Positions 49,732-60,757 of a stretch of DNA of 64,000 nt are shown here, one piece after another. The stretch comes from Haliotis rufescens (Eukaryota). The stretch covers positions 1,116,001 to 1,180,000 of the forward strand of contig NW_025964374.1 of NCBI RefSeq assembly GCF_023055435.1, written 5' to 3'. Under the pieces are notes generated by a model. It worked only from the letters and a program-made list of their open reading frames with translations. It did no database searches and was not told the origin of the DNA. Position 1 is the first letter of the stretch, and every line of letters starts with the position of its first letter. The translations under genes were made by a program, and so were the position numbers.

Positions 49732-49849
49732 CAGACTAACGCTTAGTCTCTGAACCTAAGGAAAATCTAGACTTGCTTCATTTAGGGCATTCCAGAAAGG
49801 ACTGAGCAGAAGGGAAAATAATATGGTTCAGAGACTGTGAGAAAGACAA
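49732..49849 (-). mobile_element. AcademH-type MITE, internally deleted
   Basis: Perfect 9-bp TSD GGGGTGTTC (49723-49731, 49850-49858). Confidence 0.82.
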
Positions 49850-50205
49850 GGGGTGTTCTTCCAAGCCGTGGTTTCAGAGTGTGTATATTTGTTGGTGTTC
49901 TTAGTTTAAAGGTGTTGTAGAACAGGAGGAGGGCGCGATTCTAACCGGTAAGCTGTCTGTCATGCCTACTTCAGGATGGTCTGGAAAATAGCTATTTGAG
50001 ATGCTTGAGTTTTTAGCTTGACTGAACATTCGATAGTAGAATCCAACACCGAGAACTATGTATGGCTAATACTGTCACCCCACCCGTTACCCAGGGGGGT
50101 AGGGGTGACGCTGGCGACCTCGGGTCGTCATCTGATAGCGGACTGGCTCCGTCTGAAGTAGATATGAATATACACAGGAGTATAATGTGAAGAGCAACTA
50201 CTCAC

Positions 50206-50277
50206 AGGCGCTCCATGCTGACCAGATTCACAAACGCTCCCTTCTCGATTGTACGTATCTTGTTGTCCAATAGTTGG
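50206..50277 (-). CDS. slit: Slit coding exon (likely exon 3), QLLDNKIRTIEKGAFVNLVSMERL
   Basis: 72-nt exon with acceptor (t)n-cttcacAG and donor GTgagt, in frame with the previous exon (CT+C=Leu). Matches recalled Slit LRR2 ([24 protein letters not shown] / [24 protein letters not shown]). Confidence 0.94.
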
Positions 50278-50396
50278 CTGTGAAGAAAAAAAAAAATTTT
50301 AGACGCATTCAACTACATTTGGATGCTATGAGGCGGTTTACATATGGTAGGCTGTATATCATCGGAGATATATGTCAATGACATTATATTCCGAGG

Positions 50397-50470
50397 CATC
50401 TTCCCGAGGGAAGGGAGCTAACTGATTATAAAAGTCCAGTTTCAGTTAACTCCCTTGCCTCGGGAAGATG
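50397..50470. mobile_element. 74-bp hairpin MITE
   Basis: 29-bp TIRs CATCTTCCCGAGG.AAGGGAG.TAACTGA with 2 mismatches. Perfect 9-bp TSD ATTCCGAGG (50388-50396, 50471-50479). Confidence 0.88.
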
Positions 50471-50505
50471 ATTCCGAGGTTGATATGACGGAGCATTATT
50501 GTCAA

Positions 50506-50669
50506 GAGAGAGAGAGTATGGTTTTACGCCGCTTTTAGCAATATTCCAGCAATATCATGGCGAGGGACACGGGAAAATGGGCTTCACACTTTGTACCCAT
50601 GTGGGGAATCGAACCCGGGTCTTCGGCGTGACGAGCCAACGCTTTAAGCACTAGGCTACCCCACGCCCC
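50506..50669 (-). mobile_element. SINE family A
   Basis: TSD core TTGTCAAGA. The tail reads (GA)n instead of (GAGT)n. Confidence 0.9.
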
Positions 50670-50887
50670 TTTTGTCAAGAAACAAATAAACCACTGAGGA
50701 TGAAAAGTTGTCCTGCGAGAAATATCATACTCATTATCTCACATAAATACGTCTCCAATAACATATAAGTTTTCGAAAGCGTATCGTAATGATCCAGTGT
50801 ATTACAATTTCCTCAAACAACTGTGCCCTTATCTAGGATAATCTTAAAGAAATCCTTCTTCACAAAACATTCCTGTTTAACACAGTA

Positions 50888-51012
50888 ATGTGTAGATCGA
50901 TGCTCATGATCTTAGTCACTGGATTGTCTGGTCCAGGTTCGATTATCGACAGACCGCGGTCACAAAGCTGGAATATTGCTGAGTGCGGCGTTAAACAACA
51001 AACAAAACTAAA
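50888..51012 (+). mobile_element. SINE family B, 3' half
   Basis: GATCGATGCTCATGA...GAGTGCGGCGTTAAACAACAAAC. Confidence 0.85.
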
Positions 51013-51120
51013 CACAATAACGACTTTCAGAAATATTTCTCGGATTGAAAAGTTGTTATACCAACGTACAGTCCTGTTTTACAAGTTAGGGATTGATAAT
51101 CGTTTTGTCAGTATATTCAG

Positions 51121-51283
51121 GGGGCCTAGTGGTTAAAGCGTTCGCACGTCACGCCGAAGACATGGGTTCGAATCCCGACATTGGTACAATGTGTGAAGCC
51201 CATTTCTGGTGTCCCCCGCCTTGATATTGCTGGAATATTGCTAAAAGCGGCGTAACACCAAACTCACTCACTCACCCACTCAC
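51121..51283 (+). mobile_element. SINE family A
   Basis: 13-bp TSD TCAGTATATTCAG (51108-51120, 51284-51296). Confidence 0.93.
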
Positions 51284-51694
51284 TCAGTATATTCAGCTTT
51301 AATAACTATAATGCATTCACTGTCCCAGACAAGCGACAGGTCGTTTACATCTCTGCAATAAACAACGTTCCTAGTTAGCGACGGATTCACGCGAAGCACG
51401 TGAAGCCCGTGTCGTATCTGGAGGCTATTGACATACTTCTACCCTAATCAATATCCGAGTGCTGAAAACATAACATTAACTCACATCTATCGGAGTGTTA
51501 TCGCCTCATAAGTGGCTCCTTATTGTCGCGTATACTACAGTTGATAGAAGACAATAGAACAATGCGACTGGCTTTGAAGACAATTCCTGACTACGGGGCA
51601 TATCGTGACATCACCATGTCTAGGACGTCGAGTAAGTGACCACGTCATTTTACACAATAACATCTTGATTCTAACGGTTTCTTTTAAAAATATG

Positions 51695-52067
51695 TCTCTT
51701 TTTACATAATGTTTGGATAATATCAGCATTGCAAAATCATTACATGTATTGTTAGGAAACAAAACATTTGTACGCCACTAATGTGTGAACGACAACGGTG
51801 GAGTTATTTACGTAAAATGAAATGTATATTAATAAACTCTGGTTTAACGTAAATTTCCCATGCTAACGTTGCAAAGAGTCACTTTTTAAATTGTGTTTTG
51901 ATAATATCCGCATTGCAAAAAATATTTTAAGTCTTGTTAAGAAGGAAAACTTTTATACACAACTAATGTGTGAAGAATAACGGGGAAGTTCCATACGTAA
52001 AATGAAATTTATTTCAATAAACTCAGATTTAACCTTAATTTCCCATGCTAACGTTGCAAAGAGTGAC
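51695..52067. repeat. Old tandem duplication of about 184 bp
   Basis: GATAATATC at 51716 and 51900. Both units end AATTTCCCATGCTAACGTTGCAAAGAGT. Confidence 0.85.
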
Positions 52068-52101
52068 TGTTTGGGGGGAGATTTGCCTTAAGGGTGATGC
52101 A

Positions 52102-52455
52102 GGTGAGGTGAGGTGAAATTGGGTTTAACGTTGCGTCCAAGATTATTGCACTTATCTAGCGACGTGCATGCACGTGTGTGTGTGTGTGGCTGCTTGTACT
52201 AGTCCGGACTGATGCCGATTTATAGTGCTAGCCCACTGAGATACCATGCTGCAGTTTAACATGAATACCCCACACAGACACAGTAAACTGACTCCGAGCC
52301 GACCAGTTCTTGTTTTAGCCCCTGATTGCCGAGCGCCAGACAGGGTAACAACAAGTACCATCTTTTAACGTCTTTTGATATGACGCGGCCGGGGATCAAA
52401 CCCCGGACCTTCTGCTCTCCGGGCGGACGCTCTACCACTAGACCACGGAGGCGGT
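52102..52455 (-). mobile_element. SINE family E (Meta/MESC-like), full length
   Basis: 15-bp TSD CTTAAGGGTGATGCA (52087-52101, 52456-52470). tRNA-like A/B boxes, CAAAAGACGTTAAAAGATGGTAC core and (TCACC)n tail. Confidence 0.92.
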
Positions 52456-52835
52456 CTTAAGGGTGATGCAACCACAGTGTATGAACAGTGGCAATTACTG
52501 AAAAGTTTGAAAGAGAAATTATTTGATATACCATCTCACTCAGATATTCACTTTTGAACAATGACAACCTTTTTCACGGTCAAAATAAGAACAGTGTTAT
52601 GAGTGACACTGTAACGACCTGCATCCTATCATATCCAGCACGTGGTACAGCAGAGGCGTGTGACCTTTGTACTGTCATAGTCGTCACATCCAGTACGAAA
52701 CGCATGGACCACGGAAATATATTATTTTCAACATGTACATGCAGTGCAGGCGGCAGGAATGACCTAGATTTGCGTTTCCTAAACCGTTTAATCTGCACTG
52801 GAAGCACCGGTTGTGCATGGTGTAGCAAGACTTAC

Positions 52836-52907
52836 AGTATCCTGAGTTTCTTCATCCCTTCAAAGTCAGATCTTCGTATAACCGTCAGGTTGTTTCCTTG
52901 TAAATCC
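52836..52907 (-). CDS. slit: Slit coding exon (likely exon 2; first LRR of domain D1), [24 protein letters not shown]
   Basis: 72-nt exon between the acceptor gttttcttcttcacAG and the donor GTaagt, phase 2/2. The peptide matches recalled Slit sequences (fly [24 protein letters not shown]; human SLIT2 [24 protein letters not shown]). Confidence 0.93.
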
Positions 52908-52948
52908 CTGTGAAGAAGAAAACAGAACAATTATACAACCACACTGAT

Positions 52949-53636
52949 TTCCACACTCGCCCATTACTGTATTCCACACTCGCCCATTACTGTATTCCAA
53001 ACTCGCCCATTACTGTTCTCCACACTCGCCAATTACTGCATTCCAAACTCGCCCATTACTGTATTCCACACTCGCCCATTACTGCATTCCACACTCGCCC
53101 ATTACTGTATTCCACACTCGCCCATTACTGCATTCCACACTCGCCCATTACTGTACTCCACACTCGCCCATTACTGTACTCCACACTCGCCCATTACTGC
53201 ATTCCACACTCGCCCATTACTGTATTCCACACTCGCCCATTACTGTTCTCCACACTCGCCAATTACTGTATTCCACACTCGCCCATAACTGCATTCCACA
53301 CTCGCCAATTACTGTACTCCACACTCGCCCATTACTGTACTCCACACTCGCCCATTCCTGTACTACACACTCGCCCATTACTGAACTACACACTCGCCCA
53401 TTACTGTATTCCACACTCGCCCATTACGGCATTCCACACTCGCCCATTACTGTACTCCACACTCGCCCATTACTGTACTCCACACTCGCCCATTACTGTA
53501 CTCCACACTCGCCCATTACTGTATTCCACACTCGCCCATTACTGTATTCCACACTCGCCCATTGCTGTACTCCACACTCGCCCATTGCTGTACTCCACAC
53601 TCGCCCATTACTGTATTCCACACTCGCCCATTACTG
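52949..53636. repeat. 23-bp minisatellite, about 30 copies
   Basis: Unit CCACACTCGCCCATTACTGTATT. It explains the 315-aa repetitive ORF. Confidence 0.97.
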
Positions 53637-53814
53637 ATCCATCAACCATCAGTTACATCATTCAATACTCGCCCACTACTGCATTCAACACCACCGATTC
53701 AACATCTACGTGTTACTGTGTTTTAACAATTACCCATGACTGCATTAAGAAAAATACTAAAAAGCAGCATTTAACACCTGCCCACCAATGCCTAGGATTT
53801 TTAAAATCATTTTT

Positions 53815-53922
53815 GGGGAGCATGCACTTTTTGTGTATAGCTCTAAAACAGTCGTAATTCTATGTTAAAGTATGGAAGTTACGATCACTTTAGCGCTACG
53901 GCCGCTTTGTGAAACCGACCCC
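53815..53922. mobile_element. Harbinger-like MITE, decayed
   Basis: GTTAAAGTATGGAAGTTACGATC..GCTTTGTGAAAC is homologous to 29004-29108. Confidence 0.55.
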
Positions 53923-54107
53923 TGAGACGCAAGCCAGTGTGTCAGTGGAGGTGTTACGAGGAATGTGCGCTGAGGGACCACAGAGTAATCATACAATCTT
54001 TACCACGTCAGGGCAACTGTCTTAGACAAGGGCAACCCTTTTTTATCAGCGCAACTGCAACTGACCCATCAAAACATTTATTGGAATCGAAATTCAACGA
54101 AATCAGT

Positions 54108-54600
54108 ATTTGATCGGGATAACCGTTACTGGCTCAATGGATCCTTTATTGGATCAGTGTTACCGTTATTTGCTCAATGGATCCTTTATTTGATCAGTGT
54201 TACCGTTATTTGCTCAATGGATCCTTTATTTGATCAGTGTTACCGTTATTGGATCAATGGATCCTTTATTGGATCAGTGTTACCGTTATTTGCTCAATGG
54301 ATCCTTTATTTGATCAGTGTTACCGTTATTGGCTCAATGGATCCTTTATTTGATCGGTGTTACCGTTATTGACTCAATGGATCCTTTATTGGATCAGTGT
54401 TACCGTTATTTGCTCAATGGATCCTTTATTTGATCAGTGTAACCGTTATTGGCTCAATGGATCCTTTACTGGATCAGTGTTACCGTTATTGGCTCACTCG
54501 AATTCTTTTTGTATCGGGGCAAGCGTTGTTGGCTCAACTGAACGTCTATTTGACAAGGACAAACCGTTACGAAATCCTTTATTGGATCAGGTAACCGTTA
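54108..54600. repeat. 40-bp minisatellite, about 10 copies plus a degenerate one
   Basis: Unit KGATCAGTGTTACCGTTATTKGCTCAATGGATCCTTTATT. Confidence 0.96.
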
Positions 54601-55396
54601 CTGTAGCCTTGGGGTAATTTATGTTTTTCATAAAGCACTTGACGCTACTACGTGGTATTATATAATTATAATTTAACTAATAAGTATTGTCTTAGAGACT
54701 TGTTAAAGTCTACTGCTATGGGACAGAATCACCAGCGAACCAGAATCGTTTCTATCTCTTCATTTCCCGACGTATTTCCCCGGGGGGACAATTACCATTA
54801 CAATTCTTATTCCCCATGACCGAAACGAACTTCACAAGAACGAGAGCCATAGCCTCTAATGTATTACGCATTTTCTTTCTTCTGCTTACAAATCACACTT
54901 AAGAGTTTCTCTGTTTTAAAATTTTCCAGATTCCTGCACTTTCAAACCGAGACTTCAATAACCTTCTTCAATAACTGCAGTCGTGTGAACTTAAAATGTA
55001 TTTCGTGGCGTATAATCGGTTCTATCTATGCGTTTGAAAATGAATATCTTAATCGCTTAGTACTTAAACGTCATCATTGTAATTTTGCCCAATGGAGAAC
55101 GCAATCACATTAACAGTATCCGATGTTGCAGTGCTAAGTGGAGTGGCGGTAGAGATGTGTGTCAACGTTGACATTTCCACTGAACAAATGTACGCGAAAC
55201 TTTAACATTGTGATCTGTTTCCTATAACATGCTCCAAACATGTTGCCAAGAACGATCTTTCCACACAGCATCCGTATCTACCGTGGGGTTTCTGAGACAG
55301 AGAAGGGCCCAAGTACCCAATATATAATACTGCTCTTAGGAAGAAGTCCCGAATGTCTTTCGTAAATAAAAAACCTCATCATTAAACCTCACCACA

Positions 55397-55575
55397 AGAT
55401 GGTACTTGTTCTTACCCTGTCTGGCGCTCGGCATTAAGGGGCTAAACAAGGACTGGTCGGTTCGGAGACAGTATACTGTGTCTGAGTGGTGTGTCCATGT
55501 TAAACTGTGGCATTGTATCTCAGTGGGCTAGCACTATAAAACCAGCATTAGTCCGGACTAGAACAAGCATACACA
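55397..55575 (+). mobile_element. SINE family E, internal fragment
   Basis: AAGATGGTACTTGTT...CCGGACTAG homology. Confidence 0.82.
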
Positions 55576-55917
55576 CGCGCGGGAACAACCTGTCTCGATT
55601 TTCCAGCGAAACAGATTCCACTTGGCGGAAAATGTAACGTAGCGGTGAAATTAGTATAAATGGATCACTGGAAATGTAATAACACCAGGTGTTCGCGAAA
55701 AGGTTAAATTGAGGATCGGATGGTTACACCGAGTGGCCAGGCTGGTTGTGGGCATCGCAAACCGATGGCATGGCTGTTGTTCATGCTATCGATCACTGGT
55801 TTGTATGATCCAGGCTTGATTTAGGTGTATTAGTTCTATTAAAATCCCATATATGGTCACGTGTTGTTTCGAGCTGCTCTAGGATCCACAGATGTCGACA
55901 GACGCCCTGACACACTA

Positions 55918-56191
55918 GACCCGTGAAGATCCGGGGTATAGAATAGGTCTTCAGCAACCCATGCTTGCCGTAAAAGGCGACTCTGCTTATCGTAAAAGGC
56001 GACTCACGGGATCGGGTGGTCAGGCTCGCTGACTTGGTTGATGCATGTCATTGATTCCGATTGCGTGGATAGATGCTCATGATGTTAATCACTGGATTAT
56101 CTGGTCCAGACTCGATTATTTACAGACTGCCGTCATATAGCTGGAATATTGCTGAGTGCGGCGTAAAACAACCAACCAACCAACCAACCAA
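55918..56191 (+). mobile_element. SINE family B, full length
   Basis: Starts GACCCGTGAAGATCC. TSD CCTGACACACTA/CCTAACACACTA. (AACC)n tail. Confidence 0.92.
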
Positions 56192-58378
56192 CCTAACACA
56201 CTATAGGGAAAAACTGATGGCTTGACCTAGAATTCCTAGCTCGTCTTTCAAGAAAACCGTGCAAATGCCTCCAGCGAAAAAAACACTTTCACAGCCAGGT
56301 CATCTGCGCAATTCAAAATGTCAGTTAATAAATAATGGTACAGGGAGGGTTTATGTTTTCATCATAAATCGGTGGCGGTATGTAGTCTAGTGGTTAAAGC
56401 GTTGGCTCGTCAAGCCGAAAGGCCGGGTTCGATTCCCACATATGTGGCCTCTCTTTGTATGACATGCCCTGCTGAGGTAGGAAGTTGCTGAGCAGTGCAA
56501 AACCATACTCATTCATCACCCCAAGTCGGGTTGGTCGGATTTAAATTGTGGGAATAATGTTCTTAAAATACATCGTTGGTCTGGGTGATTCATACGATCG
56601 GACGATTTGGGCGATGTGTGCGGGGTTTAAAAAACTCCCAATACAACAACTGTCTGTTTATCCCTGTATATCCCCTGCACGGTCCTCTGACCTTTCGGAA
56701 AAAAATTACAGTTTTGTCCTCGAACCGTGTAGAAGACACCGCGGTTAATAGGGAGCTATTGTACAACGCGGTTAATAGGGGGCTATTGTACAACGCGGCT
56801 TATAAATCAGCTTCACACTTTCTCATCGATACCTGTTGTCCTTGTCAAATGGTAAATTATTACAAGTGATCAGTTCATAAATCACATCTGTAGTGTGTGT
56901 TTACGCCAAAGGTCATTGCGTGGTTAGGCTTTTACATTCATGTTAGTTTCAGTTACAAACATCGACTCGGGAGCATGTCTACTGTGATATAGACACGATG
57001 CAGCTAGAACATATTTCATAGCTTCTGATTCTGTCTGTTAGATGGTGTTTTTGTACTTCATAACCTTTCCTCAAAGTTACTGTCACGTGCATCCTTTTCT
57101 TTACTGTTATACAAACAATTAAAGGTAGTCATCAATCGTTTCTACCAGGCTCTGCTTTATCGAAAAACGAGGCTTACATTACAGTGCTATTTTAGGCAAA
57201 TGGTGGTTTTTTACACAATCCCAATGGGGGTTATAACACTGATATTCTGTGCTCAAAGGAGCTTCATTGTTACGTATTTCGGTCACGTGATACTTTAGGT
57301 CTTACTTCATTTGGACATCGCTCGACGACTTCCTTTAAGTTGAGCTATAACTCGTTCGGGGGAACCTTGAAATGAATTCGCTAAGATCGCAATTCGTTAC
57401 ACGTCGTTGATTAGAAGGTGAAAATCGTTGCTACATGGCTGAAATAATGTCGATGAGAAGTTAAATTATAACTCCCTCCGTCGCCAAAGAGATATTATCA
57501 TCACTTGGTATAGCCAAAAATAAGAGTTTTAGAGAGCTTGTGTAAAGCTGTATATTTCCTTTGACGCTACTGTATAGTTTTTGTACATATATTATAATAT
57601 TTGATTTCCCAGTTATGCTAATAGGTTTCGGCGCCCGATTTCTTCGGCTTAGATTTGGGAGGCTTGGCGTCCATCAAACTTCATTTCTGGTGTGAAATTG
57701 GCAATTTTCACAGAGGTTCGTCTTTCAGTCTCTGGCCATCTGACCATAAAAATCTGACTTGGTCTGCAATTTACGATTTAGGATGTTGGAGCCAACTTAA
57801 ATCAAAGCCAATTGATATGGAGTGCCATATTCCCTGGGACATTTTAGATTCTAATCATAGCAGACTGGACTAAAGGTCCCTGGGAAGCTTAAAAGGTCAG
57901 TCTGATTGACCATAACTTTTCATAGGGGCTGGACACGGAAATAAAAACATACACAAAAGTCCAGATCTGATGTCCGGCAATTGGGGACACGTGTGATGCG
58001 GTCAAAGGTCACCGAAATGTACACCCGTGCAAACGTGAACGCGGGGAAGTGTGCGTCATAGCAGTCACCCAAATGAAACTCAATCAAAACCAAATAATTT
58101 AAATGAAATTTCAATTTCATGACATTGTATATGTTTCACCTCGGGACATATGTTCGTATAATAAATATTGTTAATACAATTTGGGAGGTTATTGTATCCT
58201 TGTCAGTTACTTTCACAAACACGTTGATATGACAATATCTAAAACTTAACAAAGTCAGGACAGGTGTTCATATCAGTCAGGTAACGCGGAAAGCGGTGTA
58301 AATGATACGCTGCAAAGTTAACATTCATTAGTGTTACATTAATGACGATCGACTGAAATACCACAACCTTAAATAATT

Positions 58379-58627
58379 CGGTTTTTTTTAGTTTGCAGTT
58401 TAACGCCACACTCAGCAATACTCTAGCTATATAACGGCGGTCTGTAAATAATCGAGTTCGATCCAGACAATCCAGTGATTGAAATCATGAGCATCGATCT
58501 ACGCAATTGGGATACGATCACATGCATCAACCAAGTCAGCGAGCCTGACCACCGGATCCCGTTAGTCGCCTCTTACGACAAGCATGGGTTGCTGAAGACC
58601 TATTCTCTACCCGGATCTTCACGGGTC
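58379..58627 (-). mobile_element. SINE family B, full length (single-motif subfamily)
   Basis: Same 5' start GACCCGTGAAG. TSD TAAATAATT. Confidence 0.9.
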
Positions 58628-59607
58628 TAAATAATTATTAATTAGTTTTACATTATCGACGATCGATTGGAAGTCCACAACTTTAGATAAGTCGTAGTAT
58701 ACGAGTATAACGTACAACACTCCTCACAGATAGTAAAGGTCACTTGGGAAAGGCGAGTACACGAGTGATATTCATAATGCTATAGGAGCATCGCAAATCT
58801 GCACACCTTTCGTTTTCTTAATTCAGAAATCACTTTAAAATAACCATTTTTGTTATCACAAGAAACGTAATATACTGTACTGCGGACTGGTTTTGTCTGA
58901 AGATAAGCGCTTGTTTTAATGACACCGCCCTGCAATATGACTATTGTAGACAGTTAGAAAATGCCAGCTTGAGTTATGTGCAACTGGGCAATGTCAGCCA
59001 TTTTGGACCAACCTAAAAGTACGCATTTCATTGTGTCACTGTGATATGGAAAAGCCACATGTGTGCTTAATGTACCCGATACAGACAGCTAACACATTAC
59101 ATGGTGTATTCAAATGGAGTTCACTGCGATAACGTTCGCACCTAAAGGGTTAAGTCTGTAATGAGGGGCGAAAGTAATTGTTGGCCGAGATAAGGGGAGA
59201 TAACTTTCAAGGAAACATGTCCCGGTGGAGATTACACAAGTCCTGATCATGTAGACGCGAGTTCTAATCTTAGCATGACAAGGTTTGGCGCACTTATCTT
59301 CAGCGTCTGTTAGAGACGCTATGTAACGGACATTTCGAGATTGCATCTTGACGTGCAAGGGTCATGTATGCAGGTCAGTGATTTTTCAAGAAGTTGAGAT
59401 TTAGCGTTGTGGACGTTGGTGAGCGTCATCGCCCAGCTCCATCAGACACGGGGCTCTTTCGACAACATGGTCCGGTGACGTAAGATGTGAACGTAATGCA
59501 GTGTCTTATTCCGCAACTCCATATGGGCGTCTTGTTGATTCTTTTATGAGGTTTACATTTAAGGAGAAAACAAACTACGTGAGACTCTTTCTTTCCAACA
59601 CGTCTCT

Positions 59608-60226
59608 GAGTTGGGGAGTTGAGTTGTTGAGTAGTTTGGTAGTTGGGTTGGTGAGTTCAGGGGTTGGGGTGTTGATTTGTTGAGTGGAGTTTGGGAGTTC
59701 AGCAGATGAGGGGTTGGGGAGTTGAGCAGTTTAGGGGTTAAGATGTTGAGAGGAGTTGGGTAGTTGAGTTGCTGAGTTTGGGAATTGAGGGGTTGAGGTG
59801 TTGAGCAGCTTGGGTGCAGAGGGGTTGAGGGGAGTTGGGGAGTTGAGGGGTTGGGGTGTTGAGCAGTTTAGGAGTTGAGGGGTTGGGGAGTTGAAGGGTT
59901 GGGTGCTGAGGGGTTGAGGGGTTGAGCAGCTTGGGTGCTGAGGGGTTGAGGGGAGTTGGGAAGATGAGGGGTTGGGGTGTTGAGCAGTTTAGGAGTTGAG
60001 GGGTTGGGGAGTTGAAGGGTTGGGTGCTGAGGGGTTGAGGGGAGTTGAGGTGTTGAGCAGCTTGGGTGCTGAGGGGAGTTGGGGAGTTGAGGGGTTGGGG
60101 TGTTGAGCAGTTTAGGAGTTGAGGGGTTGGGGAGTTGAAGGGTTGGGGAGTTGAGTTGGGGAATTGAGGGGTTTGGGTATTGAGCAGTTTAGGAGTTAAG
60201 TTGTTGAGAAGAGTTGGGTAGTTGAG
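59608..60226. repeat. G-rich complex tandem repeat
   Basis: Mixed GGGGAGTTGA / GGGGTTG / GAGCAGTTTA units. Confidence 0.93.
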
Positions 60227-60261
60227 ATATTCTCAGTTATTGTCATTTTCGTTCATAGTGA

Positions 60262-60520
60262 GCGCCTCCGTGGTCTTGTGGCTGGGCGTCTGCTCGGGGT
60301 TCGATCCCCGGTCGCGTCACACCAAAAGACGTTAAAAGATGGTACTTGTTGTTACCCTGTCTAGCGCTCGGCAAAAGGGGCTAAGACAAGGACTGTCGGC
60401 GCCGAGTCAGTATACTGTGTCTGAGTGGGGTCTTCATGATAAACTGCGATATTGTATCTCAGTGAGCTAGCACTATAAATCGGCATTATTCCAGACTAGT
60501 ACACGCAGCCACAAACACAA
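60262..60520 (+). mobile_element. SINE family E, diverged
   Basis: Head and core present, tail incomplete. A further head fragment lies at about 60570-60670. Confidence 0.82.
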
Positions 60521-60757
60521 GCCCAAGCAACAATTTTGAAAGCGTCGTTAAGATACATTTCACCACATCTCACCGTGGTCTAGTTTATGGAGCGTCGGCC
60601 CAGAGAGCCTAATGTCAGTGGCTCGATCACCGACCTTGTCATACCAAAAGACTTCAAAAGATACTTGCTGTTATATGGTCGTTGCTATATATATGCTATA
60701 ATCCTGGACGCAACTATAACCCCACTTTACCTTCCCCCGCCACCTTGATGTGTAAGA

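Noticed and set aside
52910-53857. 315-aa plus-strand ORF, the longest in the track
   Set aside because: It is a translation of a stop-free 23-bp minisatellite (23-aa period equals three units) and starts at GTG, not ATG.
57920-58120. Cys-containing minus-strand ORF as slit exon 1
   Set aside because: No signal peptide or CPxxCxC...VDC LRRNT motif. Exon 1 is presumably beyond the window.
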